From: a virus
Taxonomy: Duplodnaviria > Heunggongvirae > Uroviricota > Caudoviricetes
Length of the DNA stretch: 14,561 bases
Strand: one strand, 5' to 3'
Virus record (IMG/VR): IMGVR_UViG_3300028388_003891
Span: 69,513 to 84,073 of that record
A program made the position numbers and the translations under genes. Positions 6,631 through 14,238 of this stretch are shown in pieces (positions within the stretch are counted from its first letter, which is position 1; the number at the start of each line of letters is the position of its first letter). The notes below the pieces were generated by a model. It had not been told where the DNA came from. It saw only the letters and a program-made list of their open reading frames with translations, and did not search any database.

Positions 6631-7498
6631 TATTAAGCAGTACGTCGAAGCAAACCCCGACTTGGTGGTGCGCCGTGAGAGCAGGCAGTACCCCGGTCTG
6701 TTCGTGATCAAGTACCATCGTCGAGTGTTTTACAAGAACCTGTGGACGCCTGAGCTTTGTGAGCTTCGTGGACTGGTGGTCGACGCTGACTACAACGTTG
6801 TTGCTCGTCCGTTCACCAAAGTGTTTAACCGCGGCGAGAACGGTACTGACTTTGATGTTAACCAGTTCGTAACCGCGGTCACAAAGATCAATGGGTTTAT
6901 GGCTGCGGCAACAACGACGGAACAGTATGGCTTGCTGATCAGCACGACGGGGTCATTAGAATCCGACTACGTTGGCATTGCCGCAAAATATCTGCGGCAT
7001 ACGTCTATCGAAAACTCGCTGCTGCCGGGATTTACTTACTTGTTTGAAATCTGCGATCCTAGTGACCCACACATTATCGACGAGCAAAGCGGCGCTTATC
7101 TGATTGGCGGCCGTGAGCTCACGACCGGTGAGATGCTCCGAGAACGAGAGCTCGACTGGGTGGCTGAGAGGTTGCACGTGTTGCGTCCGAGACATTTCAC
7201 AGTTCGGTTTGGCGACCTGCTGAATGCAATGCGCACGTGCCAGCATGAGGGATACATGGTATACAGCGGTAAAAAAGCGCTCAAACTAAAGTCGCCGTAC
7301 TACCTTGCCAACAAGTTAATGGCACGTATGCGCGACACCAAGCTGGATAAGTGGTTGGATAGTGGCCAGATTAAACAAATCGTTGACGAGGAGTACTACC
7401 CCCTCGTCGACCACATTAATGACAATCGCGAGCATTTTATGACTTTAGACGAACAAGCTCGCCTACAATACATGAAGGATTTTTTACACAATGTCTGA
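6617..7498 (+). CDS. rnlA: RNA ligase, T4 Rnl1 family
   Basis: CELRGLV, RPFTKVFN, motif I KINGF, STTGS, TYLFEI, EGYMV and KLKSPYY. Confidence 0.9.
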   Translation: MFPFDIKQYVEANPDLVVRRESRQYPGLFVIKYHRRVFYKNLWTPELCELRGLVVDADYNVVARPFTKVFNRGENGTDFDVNQFVTAVTKINGFMAAATTTEQYGLLISTTGSLESDYVGIAAKYLRHTSIENSLLPGFTYLFEICDPSDPHIIDEQSGAYLIGGRELTTGEMLRERELDWVAERLHVLRPRHFTVRFGDLLNAMRTCQHEGYMVYSGKKALKLKSPYYLANKLMARMRDTKLDKWLDSGQIKQIVDEEYYPLVDHINDNREHFMTLDEQARLQYMKDFLHNV

Positions 7499-8072
7499 AA
7501 TTTGGTTTACCTCAGATACACATTTTATGCACAAGAACATCCTCAAGTTCTGCCCCAACACTCGCGTTGGGAAGGACGCACGTGAAATGACAGAGCGCCT
7601 GATCTACAACTGGAACAACCAGGTGGCGGACGGTGACGACGTGTACCTACTGGGAGACGTGTTCTTCTGTGGCTACGAGCAGGCTCTGGATATTATGCAG
7701 CGCCTTAATGGCAACATTCACTTGGTATGGGGTAATCATGATCAGGTGATAATGAAGAACAAGAAGCTCAAGGACTGCTTCGCGTCGACCAGCCACTATC
7801 GTAAGCTACGCTTAGATGGTAAGACTGTGATTCTGCATCATTATCCGTATTTGGAGTGGGAGCACTGCCACCACGGCGCATACGCTTTGTTTGGGCACGT
7901 GCATGGTGGCCTCGATCGCAGTCCACACGTTTGCAAATATCGTACGATGGACGTTGGCATTGATTCGCGTCCCGAAGGTATTCACCAACCACGCGATGGT
8001 GCGATGACGTTGTGGAACTGGGATCAGGTCCAACACATCTTGCGTGACAGGGAGATCTTGTCACACCACTGA
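7491..8072 (+). CDS. Calcineurin-like metallophosphoesterase
   Basis: Complete motif set: SDTH, LGD, GNHD, HYP, FGHVHG. Overlaps the ligase stop by 8 nt. Confidence 0.92.
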   Translation: MSEIWFTSDTHFMHKNILKFCPNTRVGKDAREMTERLIYNWNNQVADGDDVYLLGDVFFCGYEQALDIMQRLNGNIHLVWGNHDQVIMKNKKLKDCFASTSHYRKLRLDGKTVILHHYPYLEWEHCHHGAYALFGHVHGGLDRSPHVCKYRTMDVGIDSRPEGIHQPRDGAMTLWNWDQVQHILRDREILSHH

Positions 8073-8103
8073 GGTTATTGTACTGATATCGAGGAGTTAT
8101 GTT

Positions 8104-8544
8104 ATGAGTGAGCCGATACTACTACTCAATGGAATTCGCACGCCTGATGGCACTGACCTATACAGCCGGTACACACACGACTATGTTACACACACAGATC
8201 ATGTGACGGGCAACAAGTACATGGTCGATGGTGGGCTAGAATACGGCCGCCGTAGTGCTTGGGGCGATGAAATTGATCTTTCAATCCGCAGCGACGACGA
8301 GTTCGAGGTTATACGGCGCGCTCCACTTTGGGGTACTCGTGGCATCAACGGCAATGAGCCGTTACGATACGTCTCAATCGCTGCGATGGACACCAACCAC
8401 ATCGAAACACTGATCAACGAATATTTACCTGACCAGTTTCGTAGCGGGCGTGGAACACAGTGGCTCGAGGTATTCAACGATCTATTATTGCGAGAGCAAA
8501 TACAGCGTCAAGAGATGAGGCGCTTTCATGATGAAACACCCTGA
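8104..8544 (+). CDS. Conserved hypothetical phage protein (RTPDG...HDY...VDGG...RR...WGTRG)
   Basis: GAGGAG RBS; the motif pattern resembles a phage family recalled from memory; function unknown. Confidence 0.75.
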   Translation: MSEPILLLNGIRTPDGTDLYSRYTHDYVTHTDHVTGNKYMVDGGLEYGRRSAWGDEIDLSIRSDDEFEVIRRAPLWGTRGINGNEPLRYVSIAAMDTNHIETLINEYLPDQFRSGRGTQWLEVFNDLLLREQIQRQEMRRFHDETP

Positions 8545-8869
8545 TGGTTACATTGTCTTGGACGACCAACAGCGCAAGCTGATGCAAACGCGTCTTGAAC
8601 AAGAACGACAAGTAGTAGAAGATGAAATCGAATGGATACAAGCCGAAATTCAGCGTATAGACCGCATGGTGCAGGTGCACAATGATTTGCCTTGGTACCG
8701 AGCAATATTTGCCGCCCCACCCGATCCATATGGCGTGATGCAAAGCATCTATGAAATGCGGTTGGACAAGGCACGAAAGGAACTCAACACCATTGAATTT
8801 CTAATTAAAGCGATCAACCTTCACAGCTACATCTCATTTCGCGATTGCATGAGATTTCACTTAATATGA
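8528..8869 (+). CDS. Hypothetical coiled-coil protein
   Basis: Heptad-like E/Q/R-rich helices; overlaps its neighbours at both ends, including an ATGA junction. Confidence 0.65.
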   Translation: MMKHPDGYIVLDDQQRKLMQTRLEQERQVVEDEIEWIQAEIQRIDRMVQVHNDLPWYRAIFAAPPDPYGVMQSIYEMRLDKARKELNTIEFLIKAINLHSYISFRDCMRFHLI

Positions 8870-9315
8870 GAATCATTAAGCGTGATATCACGACGATACG
8901 AAGTGGCGTACTTGTTAATGGCGTTAACTGCCAACGAGCAATGGGTTCGGGGGTAGCTAAGGCATACATGGAAAAGTGGCCTCGAGTGTACCGTCAGTAT
9001 GTGTCGTGGGACAAAGCCGACATGCACCTTGGTTTAGTAGACTTCGTGCTTGTTGAGTGGCCGTACGAAGTGTACGTTGCAAATTGTTGGACGCAAGAGT
9101 ACTATGGGCGCGATGGTAAACGATATGCATCCACTGCCCACATTGCGATGTGCCTTGCTCATGTGGTCGAGTTTGGTATCGCGAGGAGTCTTCCGGTATA
9201 TACTCCTTGGGTGGGGTGTGGTTTGGGAGGCGTCAGCCAAGGTGAAGTTAGACAGATCATCGAAGACGTCGAACGGCAATATAACACAACAATAACAGTC
9301 TGTGAAATAGACTAA
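8866..9315 (+). CDS. Macrodomain (ADP-ribose binding/processing) protein, phage Tk.4 / TARG1-like class
   Basis: RDIT, NGVNCQRAMGSGVAK, ANCWTQ and PWVGCGLGG motifs. Confidence 0.88.
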   Translation: MRIIKRDITTIRSGVLVNGVNCQRAMGSGVAKAYMEKWPRVYRQYVSWDKADMHLGLVDFVLVEWPYEVYVANCWTQEYYGRDGKRYASTAHIAMCLAHVVEFGIARSLPVYTPWVGCGLGGVSQGEVRQIIEDVERQYNTTITVCEID

Positions 9316-9324
9316 GGAACTATC

Positions 9325-9849
9325 ATGGAACCAAAAGTTTTCGACTTCCCTGCAATTAAGGAGTCGATTAAGCGAAGCCCAACGAACAGCTCTGTATACA
9401 TTGGAGCTGACTCTAAAGTGTTTACCCGACATGGTAAGCAGATGGTCGCGTACGTTACAGTAATCATTCTTCACTATGGATCGAGCAAGGGTGCAACCAT
9501 TTTTAAGAGTCACCGTACCGATTACTACTACGGTCAAGTGCGCACTCGTCTGATGGGCGAGGTGACAGATGCTATTGCTGCTGGAATGGAGGTCGTCGAT
9601 GTAATTGGCGATCGAGCGTTTGAGATTCATCTCGATATCAACCCCGATCCTCGCTTCAAGAGTTCAGAGATCATTCGCGAAGCTACTGGTTACGTGATGG
9701 GTACTCTTGGCATCGAGCCAAAGATCAAGCCCGACAGTTTTGCTGCATCAAGTGTTGCCGATCGCTACTGCGTACGTGATGCTCGTAGTAAAATGGACAC
9801 GCCAGCACAGCGTCGTCGGCACCGCGATGGTCATCGACCACGTGTTTAG
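9325..9849 (+). CDS. RNase H-like protein, YkuK/DUF458 family
   Basis: YIGADS, RLMGEV, EIHLDIN, ATGYV and IKPDSFAASSVAD; AAGGA RBS. Confidence 0.85.
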   Translation: MEPKVFDFPAIKESIKRSPTNSSVYIGADSKVFTRHGKQMVAYVTVIILHYGSSKGATIFKSHRTDYYYGQVRTRLMGEVTDAIAAGMEVVDVIGDRAFEIHLDINPDPRFKSSEIIREATGYVMGTLGIEPKIKPDSFAASSVADRYCVRDARSKMDTPAQRRRHRDGHRPRV

Positions 9850-10033
9850 CAAAGGATGGCAAAGGCGACTGAAGGCACGGTGGTGGATCTTGCGCAATCA
9901 CGGTAAAAGTCTTAACCGCCGCGCTAAAGTCGAGAAGTACCTTTGGGATGCGGTTGCAGGGACGCAACCGCTGCCCGACAAAGACAAGTGCCGTGAGCTT
10001 GCCATTACATTAGGAGTGCCGCCCAATACGTAG
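9827..10033 (+). CDS. Hypothetical basic protein (68 aa)
   Basis: Protein-like from ATG9827; the track's 5' extension lies wholly inside the RNase H-like gene. Confidence 0.6.
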   Translation: MVIDHVFSKGWQRRLKARWWILRNHGKSLNRRAKVEKYLWDAVAGTQPLPDKDKCRELAITLGVPPNT

Positions 10034-10076
10034 TACCGATCACATATCGCGTGTGTCGGGTGACATCAGGGAGTCA

Positions 10077-10277
10077 ATGATGAAGGTTAAATACGTTAGA
10101 AAAGAAACAGTTTCGAGGCCGTTGTATGACGAAGATGGTCCGATTGCGACCATCTGTCGTCTTCGTGATGAGAACAAGGAACTCAAAACACAGATCGAGA
10201 AACACAGCAAACAGCTAGTTGAAAATGAGCTTCGCCTGCAACAGGTTTCCAAGGTTAAGTGTGCCGATGGATCCTAA
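10077..10277 (+). CDS. Hypothetical small coiled-coil protein
   Basis: AGGGAG RBS, ATG10077. Confidence 0.6.
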   Translation: MMKVKYVRKETVSRPLYDEDGPIATICRLRDENKELKTQIEKHSKQLVENELRLQQVSKVKCADGS

Positions 10278-10473
10278 CGTCGACGAACAAGAGCTGCGAG
10301 AGTTTCTCGCAGAGCGCAAAAAGGAATTACGCAAGATGTGGAAGTCGCTGCAGAAGATGAAAAAGCTCAGCATCGACAACACACAGGCGTACGACGACCT
10401 CGCAGAAGACTATATGAATCAGACACTCGACTACATGCACGCTCGAGCTCTGTTGATCGATGACAGCGCATAA
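10267..10473 (+). CDS. Hypothetical small helical protein
   Basis: ATG10267 overlaps the upstream stop by 11 nt; charged helical composition. Confidence 0.65.
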   Translation: MDPNVDEQELREFLAERKKELRKMWKSLQKMKKLSIDNTQAYDDLAEDYMNQTLDYMHARALLIDDSA

Positions 10474-10481
10474 ATAAATTG

Positions 10482-10823
10482 ATGCACCCCTCTGTTGAGA
10501 TAGATGTACTGACGTCGTTACAACGCGATATTGTGTATTGGACCAACACTCGTTATCGCATGGGCTTGCTAACGGTGTGGGGCATATACGATGGCCGTCG
10601 TGGTGCATCTCCTCACAACTGCCCATTCTACACTGTACGGTACAACGACCACCTCGTGCCAATCGAAGGACTGATGTTGATCAACCTTTGGATTGCTATT
10701 GAAGAGGCTGTCCTGCGCTCTGGCGAAATAGACCGTTTCTTCATCGAAGGATACAGCGCCGATTCTGACGCAATGGTGATGGACATCGATGTCCATCCAT
10801 GGGATCAGTACCCGTTGCCCTGA
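10482..10823 (+). CDS. Hypothetical protein
   Basis: 113-aa ORF in register with the gene array. Confidence 0.65.
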   Translation: MHPSVEIDVLTSLQRDIVYWTNTRYRMGLLTVWGIYDGRRGASPHNCPFYTVRYNDHLVPIEGLMLINLWIAIEEAVLRSGEIDRFFIEGYSADSDAMVMDIDVHPWDQYPLP

Positions 10824-10843
10824 TCGCTAAGGTTTGCGATAAT
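10815..10843 (+). promoter_or_regulatory. Sigma70-like promoter with extended -10
   Basis: TTGCCC-17 nt-GATAAT with TG at 10835-10836, just upstream of the GTG10881 gene. Confidence 0.7.
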
Positions 10844-10880
10844 GTCTTTGTTGAGTTAATAACCACATGGAGACATTGGC

Positions 10881-11426
10881 GTGGATCTGATCACTTTCAT
10901 TAAGGACAAAAACCAAAAGGCCATCGAGTGGATGAACGCCGGCGAAAATCGCTGGACTGGTCTTCTGTCCGAAGATCCCGAGTGGTGGGCCGAGCGTGGC
11001 GTGTACACGATCAAGAACTACGAGCGGTGGACTGTCGAGGCTACCATGAGCGATCTGCACAAGGAGGCCTACGGTTTCCGTCCGCGCGGGTACGACTTCG
11101 CTGCGATGTCTGACGACGACTTGTTCGCTCTCGCAGACAAATGGTCCGCTGATGCCGATCGTGCATATCAAGAAGAGCTCGCGGCTGAGCAGGCTCGCGT
11201 TGATGATCTCAATGCCACCATTGATGAGATGATTGCATTGGGTGCTGGCGATCGTGCTACTGCGATTCGTTGGTTGGTTGATGCCGAAGACCTTGACGAT
11301 TGGGCCGACGTTGATTATAATCTGTGGGATATGAACATCCCCAAAGAACTTGAAAGTGAGTTTTCGCCGGCAATCCGCGAAGCGCTCATTGCTCGTGGAA
11401 CCGGTGTTCATCGCGAGGCAGCGTAA
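10881..11426 (+). CDS. Conserved hypothetical acidic phage protein (SDLHKEAYGFRPRG motif)
   Basis: GGAG RBS and GTG start; the motif resembles early proteins of large phages (recalled from memory). Confidence 0.8.
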   Translation: MDLITFIKDKNQKAIEWMNAGENRWTGLLSEDPEWWAERGVYTIKNYERWTVEATMSDLHKEAYGFRPRGYDFAAMSDDDLFALADKWSADADRAYQEELAAEQARVDDLNATIDEMIALGAGDRATAIRWLVDAEDLDDWADVDYNLWDMNIPKELESEFSPAIREALIARGTGVHREAA

Positions 11427-11479
11427 TGACAACACTGGACGATCGCGATATCTTGGGAATCAAATAGTAGGAGACACAC

Positions 11480-11725
11480 ATGGCACCAATAGTTACAGGA
11501 AACTGGATCCGCATCAACAACGCCATGTCAGGTACCAAGGACAAGCCGGTTGTCGGCAAGTGGTACCTAATTCAAGACGTTGAGAGTGGGTATATTCACC
11601 TTCACGATGGTAGCTCGATCCCCGACGACAGTGAGCTGATTGTGCGTACAGTTACACCGTTGGAGTTTGAAGGAATCACTGGTGTCGCCGCTGGGTTCAT
11701 GCCTGACACCATCACCGTCGCTTAG
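11480..11725 (+). CDS. Hypothetical protein (81 aa)
   Basis: AGGAG RBS, ATG11480. Confidence 0.7.
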   Translation: MAPIVTGNWIRINNAMSGTKDKPVVGKWYLIQDVESGYIHLHDGSSIPDDSELIVRTVTPLEFEGITGVAAGFMPDTITVA

Positions 11726-11733
11726 GAGGACGT

Positions 11734-12576
11734 ATGGAACACAAATACCTTTCAGATGGTCGTAAAGTAGTCCTGTGCGACCAGGTTAATAGCACCGAAT
11801 GGATTGTGCGTGAGATCTTCGTTACAGATGAGGGCGAAGAAATTGCTAGCGGTAAACAGTTCATTGCTGACAATCTACACGATCGCCCAGTTAAAACTTA
11901 CAAACAGTCGGAAGCTGAACGACACGACAAAAAGATCAGAGAACACAAAAAAGAGATCGCTCGCCTGGTTAACGAGATAAGAGATCTCAAAAACAAGCGG
12001 GCGGCCACTAGTGACGTGACTCGTTGGCTGAGTGAAATCAACAGCACGCTAAACAGCAGTCATTTTGAAACGCTGATTAAACTCCTCGAGGGCAAGATTA
12101 AGTGGGTAGTACAGGTGTCTCCTTATTATTGTGAGTGGCAACTACCAGTCTCGCTGGAAGACGCGTTAGCTAGCATCGACACCTTTGGGAGTCGCTCTCG
12201 TTATCAGGGGCTCAAATTGTTGTCTCTATTTGGACGCAGTGGTACCAATCTTCAATATCGCGTTAATATGTACAGCGATGGTAGCGGCAGTTACAGCACA
12301 ATCGAATTATTTGAAACATATGACCAAGCCGTTATGTTTCTATTGGATGATCTGGAACAGCGCATCGATAAGATGCCGTTAAACGACGTTTATAGGCTAA
12401 TAGATAGCGTTCTATGGCCATTTGTAAATGAACAGATGAAAGAGAAGGTCAATGCTCGGTTGGTTCGCGAGCGTGTGGCGCTGTATCGCGAACTCGACGC
12501 CGATGTGGATGAACGCAGTCGCAAAGTCACCGCAGCCGTAGCGAAGATCAACAAGGCGCAGGAAAATATCGCATGA
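11734..12576 (+). CDS. Conserved hypothetical phage protein with a central coiled coil (KYLSDGRKV...EIFV...SG)
   Basis: 280-aa ORF with AGGAGG RBS. Confidence 0.8.
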   Translation: MEHKYLSDGRKVVLCDQVNSTEWIVREIFVTDEGEEIASGKQFIADNLHDRPVKTYKQSEAERHDKKIREHKKEIARLVNEIRDLKNKRAATSDVTRWLSEINSTLNSSHFETLIKLLEGKIKWVVQVSPYYCEWQLPVSLEDALASIDTFGSRSRYQGLKLLSLFGRSGTNLQYRVNMYSDGSGSYSTIELFETYDQAVMFLLDDLEQRIDKMPLNDVYRLIDSVLWPFVNEQMKEKVNARLVRERVALYRELDADVDERSRKVTAAVAKINKAQENIA

Positions 12577-12842
12577 ACAAGGTGTACTTGATACGCGTCG
12601 AAGATATTGTCGGTGGCGCTGCACGTAACGTAAAGGTTGAAGTGGCCGAGGACCGAGTCGCAGCTGAACTATATGCTGACAGCCGGGCAACAGCGATTGC
12701 ACGGCAGTACAGCCAGCACACGCTGATCGAGCACAAGGTGCGCCGTCTGAGGGATACGTGGCTGATCGAACGATTTGTTCGTGGTAGTGATATCGTAGTG
12801 GCTAGTGTTAATGTTGCCCTAACACCTGTGTTGCAAGTATAA
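12573..12842 (+). CDS. Hypothetical protein (89 aa)
   Basis: ATGA overlap with the upstream stop. Confidence 0.65.
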   Translation: MNKVYLIRVEDIVGGAARNVKVEVAEDRVAAELYADSRATAIARQYSQHTLIEHKVRRLRDTWLIERFVRGSDIVVASVNVALTPVLQV

Positions 12843-12843
12843 T
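12814..12843 (+). promoter_or_regulatory. Sigma70-like promoter
   Basis: TTGCCC-18 nt-TATAAT. Shares GTTGCCCT with the promoter at 10814-10821 and lies 23 nt before an ATG with a GGAGG RBS. Confidence 0.7.
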
Positions 12844-12866
12844 AAGGTCTGTTACGGAGGATTACA

Positions 12867-13088
12867 ATGTCGTTAACAATACATGACATTCGCAAGCGCG
12901 TTGCAGAAGAGCGCATGTCGGCTAGCCACAACTTAGCTGGTATGCTCGGCAACGACGTAATGCGACCGTATTACCATGGACGCTTCGATGTGAGCAGTAC
13001 CTTGTTACATTTCATTGACGCGGCAATTCAAAGTGAAAAGGAGAACGATAGTGGAAGCACCCCAGTACCCAACGCGCGACAAGATTGA
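12867..13088 (+). CDS. Hypothetical protein (73 aa)
   Basis: GGAGG RBS, directly downstream of the promoter. Confidence 0.65.
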   Translation: MSLTIHDIRKRVAEERMSASHNLAGMLGNDVMRPYYHGRFDVSSTLLHFIDAAIQSEKENDSGSTPVPNARQD

Positions 13089-13347
13089 TATTGATGGTCC
13101 GCATGGTAACGCGTTTCACCTGCTAGGCAAAGCTCGTGTCTACGCTAAAAACTACAATCTGGACCCAACGCCGATCATCGATGAGATGATGGCTGGTAAT
13201 TACACCAACTTGCTCGCTGTGTTCGAGTATCACTTCGACGAGCACGCCACGCTGGTTACCACTAACGGCAAGCTGCGTACCGATGTTCGCAAGCGTCTCG
13301 ATGAGATTCGCACTAACGAGCGGCTCGACCGCATCTCGGAGATTTAA
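13051..13347 (+). CDS. Conserved hypothetical protein (IDIDGPHGNAFHLLG...EMMAGNY family)
   Basis: GTG13051 follows AAGGAG; the motif resembles a widespread small phage protein family recalled from memory. Confidence 0.75.
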   Translation: MEAPQYPTRDKIDIDGPHGNAFHLLGKARVYAKNYNLDPTPIIDEMMAGNYTNLLAVFEYHFDEHATLVTTNGKLRTDVRKRLDEIRTNERLDRISEI

Positions 13348-13349
13348 TC

Positions 13350-13745
13350 ATGACAGATCGAAAAGTGATCGAAACAACGCTTGACATCTTGATCAAGATT
13401 CGTGAGATAGCTACTGCAGATCCTGATGCCTTTTGGACTGGAATCTGCAATGCGTATCTTAAGATTTTGGACCCAGAAGAGGCCGGTCCGTACGAAGAGG
13501 CCGGTGTGTACGACAAGGCCGGTCTGTACGACAAGGCGCTCGTCGAACATGTGATGAACCTGTGGCCCAAAGTAACCGCCGACGAATGGTGCGACTTTCC
13601 TGTTCCCGATCCGGCAGGACGTGATCCATATACCGCATACTTTCACCACCAGTCCGCACGGACACTGTGGAAGGGTGAGTACGGCGCACTGCGATTTGAG
13701 TTGCTGGACTTCGTAATTGATGAACTGACTGCGCGTCTCAAGTAA
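13350..13745 (+). CDS. Hypothetical protein with an internal 6-aa tandem repeat
   Basis: ATG lies 2 nt after the upstream stop; contains AGPYEE-AGVYDK-AGLYDK. Confidence 0.75.
   Translation: MTDRKVIETTLDILIKIREIATADPDAFWTGICNAYLKILDPEEAGPYEEAGVYDKAGLYDKALVEHVMNLWPKVTADEWCDFPVPDPAGRDPYTAYFHHQSARTLWKGEYGALRFELLDFVIDELTARLK
13480..13537 (+). repeat. 18-bp tandem repeat, three copies plus a partial
   Basis: AGGCCGGTCCGTACGAAG / AGGCCGGTGTGTACGACA / AGGCCGGTCTGTACGACA / AGGC. Confidence 0.9.
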
Positions 13746-13760
13746 CCGCTTGATTTCAAA

Positions 13761-13778
13761 TGGGTTCATGTGAACCCA
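13761..13778. repeat. Perfect 8-bp inverted repeat with a 2-nt spacer
   Basis: TGGGTTCA-TG-TGAACCCA. Confidence 0.85.
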
Positions 13779-13807
13779 AACGGGATTGGTGCTATCTGTC
13801 CCGTTTT
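13778..13807 (+). terminator. Possible intrinsic terminator
   Basis: Stem AAACGGGA/TCCCGTTT ending in TTTT, 32 nt after a stop codon. The loop is long (13 nt) and the U-tract short. Confidence 0.45.
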
Positions 13808-13900
13808 ACAGACAAACGCCGTCAGAATCGCTGACAAACGCTATCACGCGGCTTTTACCACGATGAGGAGCCCAATGTACAAACGAGTTCACTCGACGTC

Positions 13901-14026
13901 GTGGCCGCCACAATTACGATCTGGCTTGCTGTCACAATGATAATGACGGCGATCGGTACCCTGTTGTGGCCTCTATCGCTGGTGTTGTATATTGGGGCAG
14001 CAATAGTGCTTGTGGTGGCTACGTAA
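13901..14026 (+). CDS. Small two-TM membrane protein; its real start may be ATG13875 via a frameshift
   Basis: Manual translation VAATITIWLAVTMIMTAIGTLLWPLSLVLYIGAAIVLVVAT*. Its TAA overlaps the next ATG (TAATG). Confidence 0.55.
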   Translation: MAATITIWLAVTMIMTAIGTLLWPLSLVLYIGAAIVLVVAT

Positions 14027-14235
14027 TGAGCACCCAACCTACGACATGGGCATACGAACAGGCATGCGCAGCTCTTTGGAAGCACCGCGAGCGTAACGAG
14101 CAGATTGAAGCTGCTGCTCAAGACGTGATCGAAGCGTGGGACTGGTGGATACAAGACGAACACGATCGATGCCTAAGCGTTCCAAACGATGCCATTGAAC
14201 GTCTACGAATGCTAATGCAGGAAAGTGAGGAGTGA
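14026..14235 (+). CDS. Hypothetical protein (69 aa, MSTQPTTWAYEQAC...)
   Basis: TAATG-coupled start; Trp- and charge-rich helices. Confidence 0.7.
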   Translation: MSTQPTTWAYEQACAALWKHRERNEQIEAAAQDVIEAWDWWIQDEHDRCLSVPNDAIERLRMLMQESEE

Positions 14236-14238
14236 ATA

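Noticed and set aside
9308-9327. ATAG...CTAT around the RBS of the RNase H-like gene as a third leader copy
   Set aside because: Only 4 bp, and it lacks both invariant blocks.
10036-10059. Hairpin CCGA(T)CACAT-ATCGC-GTGTGTCGG as a terminator
   Set aside because: It has no U-tract. It may be an mRNA stability hairpin, but support is too thin.
10827-11435. 202-aa minus-strand ORF, and other long antisense ORFs (9034-9630, 4367-4864, 280-768, 784-1272, 12548-12952, 13344-13769)
   Set aside because: They shadow well-supported plus-strand genes and have no recognisable motifs or RBS support. All credible genes are on the plus strand.
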